Assembly: GCF_006345805.1 (NCBI RefSeq) | Contig: NC_042997.1 | Span: forward strand, 189,658,001 to 189,722,000 | From: Octopus sinensis | Taxonomy: Eukaryota | Length of the DNA stretch: 64,000 bases | Direction: 5' to 3' | In this document: positions 48,696 through 61,709 of the stretch, piece after piece | How the letters are laid out: each line of letters begins with the position of its first letter | How positions within the stretch are numbered: position 1 is the stretch's first letter | Translations under genes and position numbers: made by a program | The notes under the pieces: generated by a model | Seen by the model: only the letters and a program-made list of their open reading frames with translations | Told to the model about the DNA's origin: nothing | Database searches by the model: none

Positions 48696-49289
48696 CTTAT
48701 AAAATATTTGGAACACAAATAGATGACGCAGCCATAGTTACATTGTGTGTATAAAGAAAAGATGTGAATGTCTCAGCTAGAAATAAAGTCGACCATAAGT
48801 CTATTCAGTTATTCTTGGAGCTAAGCAATGTAACCTTCTAGATTAGGCAAAAAATAAGATATTCATCATCAATCTGTATCAAATACTCTTTTTAATCTTC
48901 TATGACCGCATGCACCTTACCTAGATATATTAATTCCGTTGGTATAAAGCTTATACGAACGGAAGCCTGTTTATAATATATAGTCATTATTTCTGTTTGC
49001 TGTCACTATTATCACACAAAATCACTAAATCACTGCCTAATTGTTTCTTTTTGTAGCCTTTTCAGAGTAGTAGAAGACTTTATTGAACGGCATTCTACAT
49101 TTGAATATCACCGTCTTCTTTCTCATCGACTACCAACACGGTTTTTGCTACGTTCTGTATTTTAGTGCTCCTAAATCTATGTCATCACAAAATCCTTCAA
49201 AGCCGTATAAGTAATCGTACAATGAAATCATTAAAGTACTTCTGAACATTATCAGGATTTAGATAAACTCTTTACAAATAAACTATGAC

Positions 49290-49522
49290 TTGGCGGCGAG
49301 CTGGCAGAAACGTTAGCACGCCGGGCGAAATGCGTAGCCGTATTTCGTCTGCCGTTACGTTCTGGGTTCAAATTCCACCCAGGTCGACTTTGCCTTTCAT
49401 CCTTTCGGGGTCGATAAATTAAGTACCAGTTACGCACTGGGGTCGATGTAATCGACTTAATCCGTTTGTCTGTCCTTGTTTGTCCCCTCTGTGTTTAGCC
49501 CCTTGTGGGTTGTAAAGAAATA
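49290..49522 (+). mobile_element. SINE-B
   Basis: Matches SINE-B. Confidence 0.9.
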
Positions 49523-49814
49523 TATATTCATTCTTAATACGTTCAGACAACTTCTCCTTTTACGGCGACAATATGTCCGTAAGTCACTCGCCTCATTGGT
49601 GCAAAGGATTCTGGGACACCCATGTATTAACTTGCTGTGTTGCGGTAGTTAGAAACATCCCCGGATCTTTGAGCCTACTCAAGAGCCGTGGTTTTGTTTG
49701 TAATTTCAGCGAACAAATAACCAGACTCAATCGATTGAATAAACAACTTTCAATAAGAATACCTCATCTCTCTTCCTATATATCTTAACCTGATATTTTT
49801 TCTCTTCCATTCTC

Positions 49815-50225
49815 TTTTACCCTTTTTACTTTTTTACTTGTTTCAGTCATTTGACTGCGGCGATGCTGGAGCACCGCCTTTAGTCAAGAAAATCGACCGC
49901 AGAACTTATTCTTTGTAAGCTTAGTACTTATTCTATCGGTCTCTTTTGCCGAAAGGCTATGTTACGGGGACGCAAACACACCAGCATCGGTTATCAAGCA
50001 ATGTTGGGGGAACAAACACAGACACACACACACACGCACATACATATATACGACGGGCTTCTTTCAGTTTCCGTCTTTGGTCGGCCGAGACTATAGGAAA
50101 AGACACCTGCTCAAGGTGCCATGCAGTGGGACTGAACCCGGAACCATGTGGTTGGTAAACAAGCTACTTACCACACAGCCACTCATGCGCCTATAGCTAC
50201 TTACCACACAGCCACTCCTGCACCT
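49815..50225 (-). mobile_element. SINE-A with a 33-bp tandem duplication of its 5' end
   Basis: GCTACTTACCACACAGCCACTC occurs twice. Confidence 0.85.
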
Positions 50226-50469
50226 ATTATGACACCTCTGCTTCTTTAATATCCAACCAGTTTTAATTCCACGATTCCTTCGAAGACCAATCATCCCAAC
50301 GTCTTCCATCTTTCAGTTTTTCTAGTTAAAAACTGATAAGCTCCAACGTACTTATTGGACAATTAAAAATAAATACTGGTGAATTAAGGACCAGGTTATG
50401 TTTAAACACTCACTTCGCTTACTCCCTACAATACGAACATAGTTAATTCCATTTCTTAAAAAAAAAAAG

Positions 50470-50790
50470 ACTCCGCCGGTTACGACGACGAGGGTCCCAG
50501 CTGATACGATCAACGGAACAGCTTGCTCGTGAAATTAACGTGCAAATGGCTGAGCATTCCACAGACACGTGTACCCTTAACGTAGTTCTCGGGGATAATC
50601 AGCGTGACACAGAGAGTGACAAGGCTGACCCTTTGAAATACAAGTACAACTCATTTTTGCCAGCTGAGTGGACTGGAGCAACGTGAAATAAAGTGTCTTG
50701 CTCAAGGACACAACGCGTCGCCGGGAATCGAACTCACAACCTTACGATCATGAGCCGAATGCCCTAACCACTAAGCCACGCGCCCTCACA
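50470..50790 (-). mobile_element. SINE head D plus tail E
   Basis: Matches both modules. Confidence 0.9.
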
Positions 50791-51069
50791 ATTCCATTTC
50801 TAATTGCAATTCAGTAACCCTTATACGAAACTGCTGATTGGAAATACTAGGCTGAATCACCTTGAATAATCTTACCTTCCAGTTTTGGTTCTGTAAACGT
50901 AATTATCTCTACAATCGAACTTCCTCGTGCCAAGAATCGTGGCGTCGATAATCGTATTCAATTATCGAATTTATTACTAAAAGACAGTAGAAGATTGCCA
51001 ATTTGGACCTAAGAAACCTATAATGTTATGGAATATTCGGTTTTTACTATATTATCAATATTGGCTTCA

Positions 51070-51660
51070 AATCTTGGCACAAGACCAGTAAGATCAAGGG
51101 GGGGGGGTAAGTTGATTACATCGACCCCAGGGATCAACATCGGCGGAATTTGAACTCAGAACGTAAGGTAATGACGGACGAAATGTCGCTTAACATTTTG
51201 CCAGGTGTGATATCAGTGCTACCAACTCAACGTTTTTATACTGATTTTTTTTAAAGATAGCGAACTGGTGGAATTGTTAGCACACCAGGCAAAATGCTTA
51301 GCGGTATTTCGTCTATCGCTACGTTCTGAGTTCAAATTCCGCCGAGGCCGACTTTGCCTTTCATCCTTTCGGGGTCGATTAAATAAGTACCAGTTAAGCA
51401 CTGGGGTCGATATAATCGACTTAATCTGTTTGTCTGTCCTTGTTTGTCCTTTCTGTGTTTAGCCCCTTGTGGGTAGTAAAGAAATAGGTATTTCGTCCGT
51501 GTTTACGTACTGAGTTCAAATTCCGTCGGTGTCGACTATGCCTTTCATTCTTTCGGGGTCGATAATGTAAGTATCAGATGAACACTGGGATCGATGTAAT
51601 CGACTTACCCCTCACTTAAAAATTACTGGCATTGTGTCAAAATGTAAAATTTGAAACCAA
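51070..51660. mobile_element. SINE-B cluster (old minus copy plus a plus-strand dimer-like copy)
   Basis: Matches SINE-B. Confidence 0.8.
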
Positions 51661-51943
51661 TATTACGATGACATTTTTTAACAAACTGTTTTCTTACACA
51701 TAAAATCCACCACAATGTTCCTATGTATTTGATTATCACCACTTTTCAACTTTTCTCGCTACACAAAGTTCAACGTGTTTTCCACGTTATTATATTTCAA
51801 TCAAATACCATCTACATCAATCTTATACCTTACATTAAACATATCTTCAATCGTAACAGTTTCATTCCTTACACACTCAGCAATTACACTTACAGCCCTG
51901 CAATTTCTTCTCTATAGCAACGTACATTACATACTAATGTTCC

Positions 51944-52297
51944 TTATTTCTTTATTGCTCACAAGGGGCTAAACACAGAGGGAACAAACAAGGACAGACA
52001 AACAGACTAAGTCGATATCGGCTCCAGTGCGTAACTGGTACTTATTTAATCGACCCCGAAAGGATGAAAGGCAAAGTCGACCTCGGCGGAATTTGAACTC
52101 AGAACGTAACGGCAGACGAAATACCTATTTCTTTACTACCCACAAGGGGCTAAACACAGAGGAGACAAACAAGGACAGACAGACGGATGAAAGGCAAAGT
52201 CGACCTCGGCGGAATTTGAACACAGAACGTAACGGCAGACGAAATACCGCTAAGCATCTCGCTCGGCGTACTAACGATTCTGCCAGCTCACCGCCCT
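51944..52297 (-). mobile_element. SINE-B dimer with an internal deletion
   Basis: Matches SINE-B. Confidence 0.85.
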
Positions 52298-52832
52298 AAT
52301 ACTAATAATTAAATACCTATATTTCACTACCAAGTGTTTAAGAAGAAATTTTTATGACAGAAATTTCTCCCCCCCCCCTCTCTCTCTCGCACATCTGATG
52401 TTATTTGAATAAAAGTTACTTGCATTATCATTAACAATGAAATGCTTTCCCCCGTCGGGAAAATGTGATTTCATATTGCTTCAATCGCATTGCTTCAATC
52501 GCATATGTAGCATATGTTGTACTGCTTCTTTCAAATAATCGTTGCAACACTTGAAAGGGACTGTGAGTAGCTGAGGAGGTGCAATAAGATCGAAACACGC
52601 CTAGAGTCATCACTTGGCTGCCACAAATAAGACATATTCACCTTGTATATTTTCATTAATTCTATTTTATTGAAATTCCGGGAGTTTCTCTTGCTTCTTC
52701 TGAGAATATGTTTCTTTAACACTAATTATTTTGATTCATTAAAGTTATAATTTCAATTCAATATAATTATTTTGGTTTAAAACTTCAAGTATGATAGTCT
52801 CTACTTTTCTATGTTGTTCATGTAGAAGTGCC

Positions 52833-53369
52833 TTAGTGATTCGATAACCAGTGGATGTATTCCACTGAAATTAGGTAAATAATCCTTCGAACAGACGGTC
52901 AGCAGCGACGCCTGCTGGGTTCGGCTACTCTGCATTCATAAAGGGCAAATACCATGAAACATGTCTGCAAATGCCTGACCAGCAAAGGGGAGCGACTGAC
53001 CTCCCCTGTTCGTAGGTTATAATGGACACAGCTTCGTGTGTCATATAGCTAGCTAGAGGCGATGGCCTCTTGGAGCTAATCAACGGCAGCTTACGTCCTA
53101 TATTTATGGACTGCCATATTAGCTTGGCGATAACGGTTAATAACTTCTATTTTATTCTATGGCTGCACATTCTCTCTACATTTTAGTACATTTATTCTAC
53201 ATTCATTTATTTATTCCTTTAATTTATTTTTGTAATACACCTTTGACCTTGTATTGATTTTTTAATTCTAACTTATCATGGCTCAGTAGTTAGAGCGTCC
53301 GGCTTACAATCATGAGGTTGTAATTTCGATTCCTGGACCAGGGTGTGTGTTATGTTCTTGAGTAAGATA
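52833..53369 (+). repeat. Direct repeat copy 1 (about 530 bp, ends in a truncated SINE-D-like head)
   Basis: Near-identical to 55812-56336. Confidence 0.9.
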
Positions 53370-53705
53370 CTTTATTTCCCGTTGAAAGGAAATTTTGCAA
53401 CGCCATATGAATAAGTCTCTTTGGTCAAACTTCACTCGAGGTATGCAACACAACAACGAATCTACAGCTTTCTTGATCTATCTTCATCAAGAGTTGCTTC
53501 GATGATCATGTATTCTCTTCTTAATAGCTGGACTTCAATCATTTTGAGAAAACGTGTACTTCTTTGCTTCAACCAGTTATTCCATACCCCTACTGCTGAA
53601 GGCATTCTAGAGGTTAATGATACATATTTCTCCCGGTTATTACACATTAAAATACACGCAGATACATATACATATATAAAAATACAGATGCATATACATT
53701 CTCTA

Positions 53706-54290
53706 GGATTAGCACGCCGGACGAAATGCTTAGTTGTATTTCGTCTGCCGTTACGTTCTGAGTTCAAATTCCGCCGAGGTCGACTTTGCCTTTCATCCTT
53801 TCGGGGTCGATAAATTAAGTACCAGTTACGCACTGGGGTCGATGTAATGCACTTAATCCCTTTGTCTGTCCTTGTTTGTGCCCTCTATGTTTAGCCCTTT
53901 GTGGGTAGTAAAGAAGTAGGTATTTCGTCTGCCGTTACGTTCTGAGTTCAAATTCCGCTGAGGTCGACTTTGCCTTTCATCCTTTCGAGGTCGATAAATT
54001 ATGTACCAGTTACGCACTGGGGTCGATGTAATGGACTTAATCCGTTCATCTGTCCTTGTTTGTGCACTCTATGTTTAGCCCCTTGTGGGTAATAAAGAAA
54101 TAGGTATTTCGTCTGCCGTTACGTTCTGAGTTCAAATTCCGCCGAGGTCAACTTTGCCTTTCATCCTTTCGGGGTCGATAAATAAAGTACCAGTTACGCA
54201 CTGGGGTCGATGTAATCGACTTAATCCGTTTGTCTGTCCTTGTTTGTCCTCTCTGTGTTTATTCCCTTGTGGGTCGTAAAGAAATAGGAT
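53706..54290 (+). mobile_element. SINE-B trimer
   Basis: Three tandem units joined at AAAGAA(A/G)TAGGTATTTCGTC. Confidence 0.9.
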
Positions 54291-55194
54291 CATCGATAGA
54301 GTATTTATATGTAAGACAGACTGTTAAAGTGTCCATACCCACCAATTATTAAAAAATAAAAGCCGGTGTAATTTTAATCATTTATCAACTACCAAAAATA
54401 ATAGAACCACTGTCTGTGCTTTGCTTGACTTCTTGTGTGCAAATTTTTATATATGTCTGAAATCAATACATCTATTGAATTCCAATTCGATATTTAGTCG
54501 CGCTAAGGCGATCTTGTGATATGTTTATTCTGCGATAGTTCTTTATCAGTTTATGCTTACTGAATGGACGTTCTGCTCAGACTGACGCTGCAGGTACCGT
54601 GGGAAACATCAAGAATGACGTACAAATTGAATATATTTTGTTCAGTGAATGCATGGGTTTAAGTTGTAGTTGCCCAAAGTTGTGATGGTGTATTATAGTT
54701 TTCAAGTCGATTAATTCGTTTGAAAGTTATTTGTCATTTACATTGTAAGCTTTTGGTAATGACACGCACTTCGAAGCCAAAAGATTTTCTACTATATACA
54801 GGTATCGTCAGAGGAGAGAATAGTTGCTTCAGATATACTTTTTAGATCACCAGTGACATATTAAACAATGGCAAAAAAGAAGAAACAAATATCCAAAATA
54901 ATGATTCTGCATGTGTGTCAGAATCCGTTGTCTAACTTTCATCATTTGATTGGTTCTCATCAACAAAATTAGTTTCACTTTCTCCCATTTGCACGCTGTT
55001 CAGTTTCAATTTGTGAACTGTTAGGAAGTATTTTGATTCTGTTGAGTGACATGCATTCTCATGTCCTCATCTGGTTCGACGTTCGTGCTCCCGTTAACAT
55101 CAGCAGCATAGTATTGTATACAAAATATGCTAGAGTTGATATTGAAGCGAGTAACATTGAAAATCTGAGGAAACTGTGAAATTAATTAGGCACA

Positions 55195-55385
55195 TTCTTT
55201 TACTTGTTTTCAGTCATTTTGAGTGTGGCCATGCTGGAGCACCGCCTTTAGTCGCGCAAATCGACCCCATGACTTATTCTTTGTAAGCCTTGTACTTATT
55301 CTATCTGTGTCTTTTGCCGAACCGCTAAGTTACGGGGACGTAAACACACCACCATCGGTTGTGAAGCGATATTGGAGGGACAAAC
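55195..55385 (-). mobile_element. SINE-A tail, followed by tail-G fragment 55385-55475 (+)
   Basis: Matches SINE-A 3' half. Confidence 0.8.
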
Positions 55386-55489
55386 ATCCCGTCCAACTGG
55401 GGAACACATACACCATTGAAACCGGGAAACCGGGCCCATGAGCCTGGCTAGGCTTTAAAAGGGCGCATTTATTATTTATTAATAATGTT

Positions 55490-55760
55490 CACAGAACTCA
55501 ACCGTATATGGTGGCCATATTAGTACCATTGCCATGTCCTTGACTGGGGAAAACGTTCAAGGGAGGGATATTTTTACCCATGTTTTATTTATCAGATTTG
55601 AAATCTCCGATCCTGTTTTCTCACAACAGTCTTCCAAAGATAGAAATCCCTCGTGAATTGCAAACTTACAACCCACTGTTCGAAAGTAGCATATAAATAT
55701 TGTTTGTTCGATATGTGCAGAAATCAGTGCTACGTCAACAAATTTTGACAATATTTTAGA
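55490..55760 (-). pseudogene. hAT transposase relic (ZMYM1-like family)
   Basis: DVALISAHIEQ..EGFLSLEDCCEKTGSEISNLI, then frameshifted QGHGNGTNMA, resembling the hAT D..SH.EQ..FL..KTG..GQGYDNG.NM region. Confidence 0.6.
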
Positions 55761-55811
55761 ATTTTGCGATGTGTTTCAAAAGGAGATCGGAACAAAGAGA
55801 AATATATTCAT

Positions 55812-56336
55812 TTAGTGATTCGAAACCAGTGGATGTATTCCACTGAAATTAGGTAAATAATCCTTCGAACAGACGGCCAGCAGCGACGCCTGTTGGCTTC
55901 GGCTACTCTGCATTCATAAAGGGCAAATACCATGAAACATGTCTGCAGATGCCTGACCAGCAAAGGGAAGCGGCTGACCTCCCCTGTTCGAAGGGACACA
56001 GCTTCGTGTGTCATAGCTAGCTAGAGGCGATGGCCTCTTGGAGCTAATCAACGGCAGCTTACGTCCTATATTTATGGACTGCCATATTAGCTTGGCGATA
56101 ACTGTTAATAATTTCTATTTTGTTCTATGGCTGCACATTCTCCCTACATTTTGGTACATTTATTTTACATTCATTTATTTATTCCTTTAATTTATTTTTG
56201 TTATACTCCTTTGACCTTGTAATGATTTTTAATTCTAACTTATCATGGCTCAGTAGTTAGAGCGTCAGGCTTACAATCATGAGGTTGTAATTTCGATTCC
56301 TGGACCAGGGTGTGTGTTATGTTCTTGAATAAGATA
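55812..56336 (+). repeat. Direct repeat copy 2
   Basis: Near-identical to 52833-53369 apart from a short indel and scattered SNPs. Confidence 0.9.
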
Positions 56337-56520
56337 TAGCAGTCTTTTGACTGCTATTTCTAAATTTTCGGTTAAGCAACTTGCTGCTTAACCCTTAATT
56401 ATTGTTATAATTATATAAAAACATTTTGTGTAAGTTTTTACCGAATATAGTTATTTTCCATACTGAAAACTAGTTGGCAAATTTATTAATTTATTAAATT
56501 AATAATTCTTTACCCTATAT
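56337..56520 (-). repeat. Unclassified double-hairpin repeat, also at about 15012-15100 (+)
   Basis: ATAGCAGTC(TTTT)GACTGCTAT and GGTTAAGCA(ACTTGC)TGCTTAACC; shares ATAACAATAATTAAGG..CCGAAAATTTAGAAATAGCAG. Confidence 0.6.
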
Positions 56521-56524
56521 CTGT

Positions 56525-56580
56525 AATATATATATATATATATATATATTAACATGTATATATAGATATATATTTATATG

Positions 56581-56613
<33 letters not shown>

Positions 56614-56843
56614 TTGTGTATATACATATGTATGTATTTAAAGATATGTATAAATGTGTGTATATATATATATGTATATTTACGTGTATATTAAATACAT
56701 ATATATATATGTGTATATATAAAGACATATACATATATATATATATGTATTTATATACACGTATATTATATACACATATTTATATATACATATATACACG
56801 TATATATATATGTATATATATATGTATATATTCATGTATATAT
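56525..56843. repeat. Degenerate (TA)n tract
   Basis: Seen directly. Similar tracts at 37343-37431, 38750-38803, 47700-47820, 58260-58835, 59625-59866 and 60870-61045. Confidence 0.95.
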
Positions 56844-58260
56844 AAACTTAGATAAACTTAGATATGTTTCGACCAATGATTGGTCCAGGCCATGTCTAAC
56901 TTAATAGCACCATCTGAGAGGATTATTAGAATCCTGTTTAAGTCAAGTTTTGTTTATGGTCCATTCAAGTCGTGAGTTTTTGTTGGGTGAGTTGTATCCA
57001 ATTATGGGTGGCTTATCTGGTATTCCTTGAAGGAATCTATCCAGATTCCGTTTAAAGTTGATGGGAACCTGTTCCTCTTTGATCTCTTTCGGGACAATGT
57101 TAAATAGGGCAGGGCCTGTTGAGGAAAAGAAATTATGTTGTAGTGTACATGTATGCTGTGATCTTGAATTGGGCAGGGGACGTATGGCCCGTGGTCCCAG
57201 TCTTGGATGAACCTTGAAGCTAATGTTCAGGTCGTTTGGGCAAAATTGGCGGTATATTCTCCACATCGTACAAATAATGTACCGCTCACGGCGACGCTGG
57301 AGAGAGTAAAGTTTCAAGGCTTTAAAGCGATCCCAATAATCGAGAGCAGCCATGCCTTCAATTCGTTTAGTGAGTGCCCTCTGGGGTGATTCAATCCTCG
57401 AGATGTTTTGTCTTGTATGGGGAGACCACAGTGGGCAGCAGTATTCGAGGTGTGGCCGTACAAAGGAGGAGAAAAGTGGTATGATGACACCTTGTTCTCT
57501 GGACCGGAAAGTTCTTAAGATCCAGGAACTCATCCTACGAGCTATATCGACCTTCTTGTTGATGTGTGCACTCCAACTGAGATCGTCATCAACAATTACA
57601 CCCAGGTCTCTGATATTGTTAGAGGCTGTGAGCGGTTCCCCTGAAGGAAGAGAGTATGGCTGTTTTGTGAGGAATTTCTTCCAAAATGCATCAGCTCAAA
57701 TTTTCCTCGTTCAGTTGCATTTTGTTTCTGTCTGCCCATTGACTCACAGCATATAGATCAGACTGGAGTTGAGTTCGGTCTGCTTCTTCATTGACGATTT
57801 GCTGGAGCTTAGTGTCATCAGCAAATATTTTCACTTTGCAGTAATGTACGACACTAGAAAGGTCGTTTAGGTAGATTATGAAGAGTAGCGGACCCAAGAC
57901 AGTCACCTGGGGGACACCGCTGGTGACTTTTGCTGGGCTTGAGTGGACTCCATCAACTACAACATGTTGTGTTCTATTCGCCAGGAAATACTTGATCCAG
58001 TGTTGAACTTTTCCACGGATTCCAACATTTGCCAATTTTGAGAGTAGGATATTATGGTCTACCCTGTCGAACGCTTTATGACATCAGAGTTCGAACCTGT
58101 TCCCAAGGCTTTGAGCACATCTTTAATGTGGTGTAAGAGCTGTGTTAGACAGTCCCTGCCACAGCGAAAGCCATGCTGATTTGCATTTAGGAGTTTGTGG
58201 GTCTCCAGGAAGTCAGCTATCTTTGATCTTAACACTCTTTCAAACACTTTGATGATGTTT
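56844..58260 (-). mobile_element. CR1/L2-group LINE RT fragment (frameshifted)
   Basis: [56 protein letters not shown]; (ATCTAAGTTT)2 tail. Confidence 0.93.
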
Positions 58261-58276
58261 ATATATATATATGTGA

Positions 58277-58307
<31 letters not shown>

Positions 58308-58597
58308 CATGAATATATATCCAGGTGCATGAATATATATGTATACATATATATACATATATACATGTATATATATATATGCATGTATATTTATATGCAT
58401 GTATGTATTTTATATACATGTATTTTTATGTTCCTGCATATATGTATATATATATTATATATATATATTTGAATATATATATATATTTACCTGTATATGC
58501 ATATATATATATATTTGTGTATATTTATATATATGCATATATATATATATATTATATATATGTATGCATATATATATGTATGTATACATACATACAT

Positions 58598-58639
<42 letters not shown>

Positions 58640-58774
58640 TATATATATATAATATCATATAATATATATATATACATACATATGTATATACATGTAGATA
58701 TGTACGTATATATGTATATAAATACACTTTTATGTATATATATTATATATATATATATATATCAATATATATCA

Positions 58775-58825
<51 letters not shown>

Positions 58826-58834
58826 GTACAAATA

Positions 58835-59048
58835 TATGTGTTTGTGTGTGTCTGTGTTTGTACCCCCCACCATCACTTGACTACCAATGTTGCTGTGTTT
58901 ACCTCTGTATAACGTAACCATTTGCAAAACACACCGATAGAATAAATACTATTCTTACAAAGAATAAATCTTGTTGTCAAAATCATCGACTAAATATGGT
59001 GATCCAGCATGCCCGCTGTCACATGACTGAAGCAAGTAACAGAATAAA
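58835..59048 (+). mobile_element. SINE-A tail, heavily diverged
   Basis: Diverged match. Confidence 0.65.
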
Positions 59049-59093
59049 CAACTATGCCATTCTAATCCCGAGCAACGCCGGGTATCTCTGCTA

Positions 59094-59094
<1 letters not shown>

Positions 59095-59124
<30 letters not shown>

Positions 59125-59623
59125 AAACCGTAGTTGTGTGAGTGTCTGTCCCCTTCGATTTAGATTCCTAACTACTCCCACATTTTGCGGTGCAGTTTAA
59201 CCAAATTCGGGTATCTTATAGTCGTGATTCATATCGAGCCCGTCTGAGTATTAGCGCGCGTCTACGATGAGTCTACGATTTTAAAAATAATTTAACATCA
59301 TTTTTTATTCCATTTTTATGCATATATTTTTCGTGTGTCGATGGCGGCGGAGTTGGCGTCCATGGTCACACCTGCACCTGTTTGCTTCTCCCCCTTCTTC
59401 CTTCCTCGTGAAGCTGTGGGGAAGGGAGTGTAAGGAAATTAACGTCGTAAAGCGTTGTCAAGGAGACCAGCGTTCTTTTAGAAAACGACTTCATGGCTTG
59501 AAGACACCAAAACAGAAATGGCTAAGAAAGCCCAAATTGGCATCTATAAAGGAAGTACTCTCTAAAAATGCTTATATAGTTATTTCCCTTACAAATCCGA
59601 GCAACGCCGGGCGATACTGTTAG
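59095..59623 (+). mobile_element. Non-autonomous Helitron-like element, preceded by a second 3' end (59067-59094)
   Basis: 3' hairpin CCGAGCAACGCCGGG plus CTAG/TTAG-T at 59067-59094 and 59597-59623; TATATATAAAA-type start. Confidence 0.65.
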
Positions 59624-59653
59624 TATATACATAAATATATATATATATTATAT

Positions 59654-59685
<32 letters not shown>

Positions 59686-59724
59686 CATAAATAATATATA
59701 TATTATAATATATATATATATTAC

Positions 59725-59810
<86 letters not shown>

Positions 59811-59866
59811 TATAATATATATATATATATACTAAATATATATATAATATATAATATAATATAATA

Positions 59867-60869
59867 TGACATCATCAAGCACAGCAACATAAAAATATTT
59901 GCAGATGATTCCAAGCTACAGAGGTCATAAATGAGGCGAGTGACCGGACATGCCTTCAGTCAGATCTACTGGCTGTTATCCAATGGGCAGAAAAAAACAA
60001 TATGCTGCTGAACGAGGATAAATTTGAGTAAATCCACTTTGGAAAGAGGATGCCCTGAAACTCACATACTCCCTTCCTTCAGGTGAAACTCTCGCAGCGT
60101 CCAACAACATCAAGAGACTTGGGAGTAATTGTGGAAACAACATAAGCTGGGCCACTCATATAAACACCAAAGTTGACATGGCCTGCAGAATGTGTTCCTG
60201 GATTCTCAGAACTTTCCAGTCGAGAGATATCCACACCATTATCCTTCTCTTCTCCACTTTTGCCCGACCCCACCTTGAATACTGTTGTCCACTGTGGTCC
60301 CCCACACACTACAAGGTATCATAAAAGTTGAAGCACCTCAAAGGGCAATCACAAAAAAGATAGATGGCATGACAGCCTTGACTATTGGGGTCGACTAGAA
60401 AAGCTAAAACTTTATTCTCTCCAACGTCGTCGTGAAGCGCTACAATCATCTGCATGATGTGGAAAATATTCCATCAGCATTGCCCAAATGAGGTTGGCAT
60501 CACCTTTAGGGTAATCCAAGGCTTGGGCCCCGTGCCATCCGCCCAAAACAAAAATCGCACTCTCATCTCATAACAACAATACGGCAACATTATTTCACCT
60601 CAATTGGCCCCGCTCTCTTTAACATTACACCAAAACACATAAAACAGAAACTGACCCTATAGGGTTCAAGAAGTCTTTGGACAGATTCCTTCAAGAAATC
60701 CCCGATAAACCCCCTACACCCGGATATGTCTCTGTAAACAATAACTCTCTACTTGAGTGGGCCATAGTGCCCAAATTCTGACTTGAAAGACTTCACCAGG
60801 TGGTGCTATTAAGTTAGACATGGCCTGGGCCAATAATGGCCGAACCTATAAAGTATCAAAGTATCAAGT
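59867..60869 (+). mobile_element. CR1/L2-group LINE fragment, same family as 56844-58260
   Basis: IFADDSKL, RDLGV, RPHLEYCCPLWSP; same 3' end GGTGCTATTAAGTTAGACATGGCC; (AAAGTATC)2 tail. Confidence 0.9.
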
Positions 60870-60934
60870 ATATATATAATAATATATATAAAATATATAT
60901 ATATATATATATATAATATATATAATATATAGAC

Positions 60935-60995
<61 letters not shown>

Positions 60996-61049
60996 TATAT
61001 TATATATATATACTAATAATATTATATATATATATATATATGCTATGAT

Positions 61050-61230
61050 AGATCGTTAGCCACTACACATTCTTCTTTTCTCTCCTTGTTTCTTTCGTGT
61101 TCCTTTCTATGGAGGAGCGTAGCTCGAAACGTTTAAAGACTTTTTCACTTCCCGAGCGTTACACTAATACATCGTTTGTTTTTACACCACCTGTCTTCAT
61201 CGTTGGGTTTTTTTGTGAATTCTCCCTATA
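61050..61230 (+). mobile_element. Short repeat in (TA)n with variant hammerhead-like motif (61103-61138)
   Basis: CTTT-CTATGGA-G-GAGC(GTA)GCTC-GAAACGT-TT-AAAG, followed by ACTTTTTCACTTCCCGAGCGTTACACTAATAC shared with the 47.8-kb copy. Confidence 0.5.
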
Positions 61231-61370
61231 TATATATATATGTGTATATATATATTATATATATATATATATATATAATATAATAATATATATATATATA
61301 TATATATATAGATATATTATAATAATATACATAACAAAGTGGAGTTGTAGGGTACCGCACGAGTGGAATT

Positions 61371-61472
61371 ATATACGAAAGAAGGTTTGAAATGCAATTT
61401 TAAAAGATGTTTATTTACTTTATTTCCGTTTAAACATCTTTTAAAATGCATTTTCAACCTTCTTTCGTATAT
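61371..61472. repeat. Foldback, about 42-bp arms
   Basis: TATACGAAAGAAGGTT..AAAAGATGTTTA and its inverse. Confidence 0.9.
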
Positions 61473-61481
61473 ATATATATT

Positions 61482-61709
61482 AAATTAGAGATAAGACCAC
61501 ATTAGGCAAATCATACAATGAAAAACTTAAGCCAATACAAAGATTAATTAATTTAATTTTTAAATATATATCAAAATTATTAAAAATATACTCAATTATC
61601 TTTTTTTAATATTTTGATATATATTTAAATAATATAAATTAATAAATCTTATGTATTGGCTTAAGTTTTTCATTGTATGATTTGCTAATAGTGGTTTTAT
61701 CTCTAATTT
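61482..61709. repeat. Foldback, about 105-bp arms
   Basis: AAATTAGAGATAA..GCAAATCATACAATGAAAAACTTAAGCCAATAC.. and its inverse, separated by a short spacer. Confidence 0.9.

Noticed and set aside
52431-52620. Possible hAT dimerisation-domain remnant (..ATYAIEA..)
   Set aside because: Similarity too weak to call by eye; needs an HMM search.
56860-56895. LINE/SINE tail stem plus GAAAC as a hammerhead
   Set aside because: Resembles helix II plus GAAAC, but CUGANGA is absent; treated as the RT-recognition hairpin.
58835-59048. SINE-A tail with apparent excess of G-to-other changes (hypermutation?)
   Set aside because: Next to a long TA tract where base-calling errors are likely; the pattern does not match CpG decay or A-to-I editing.
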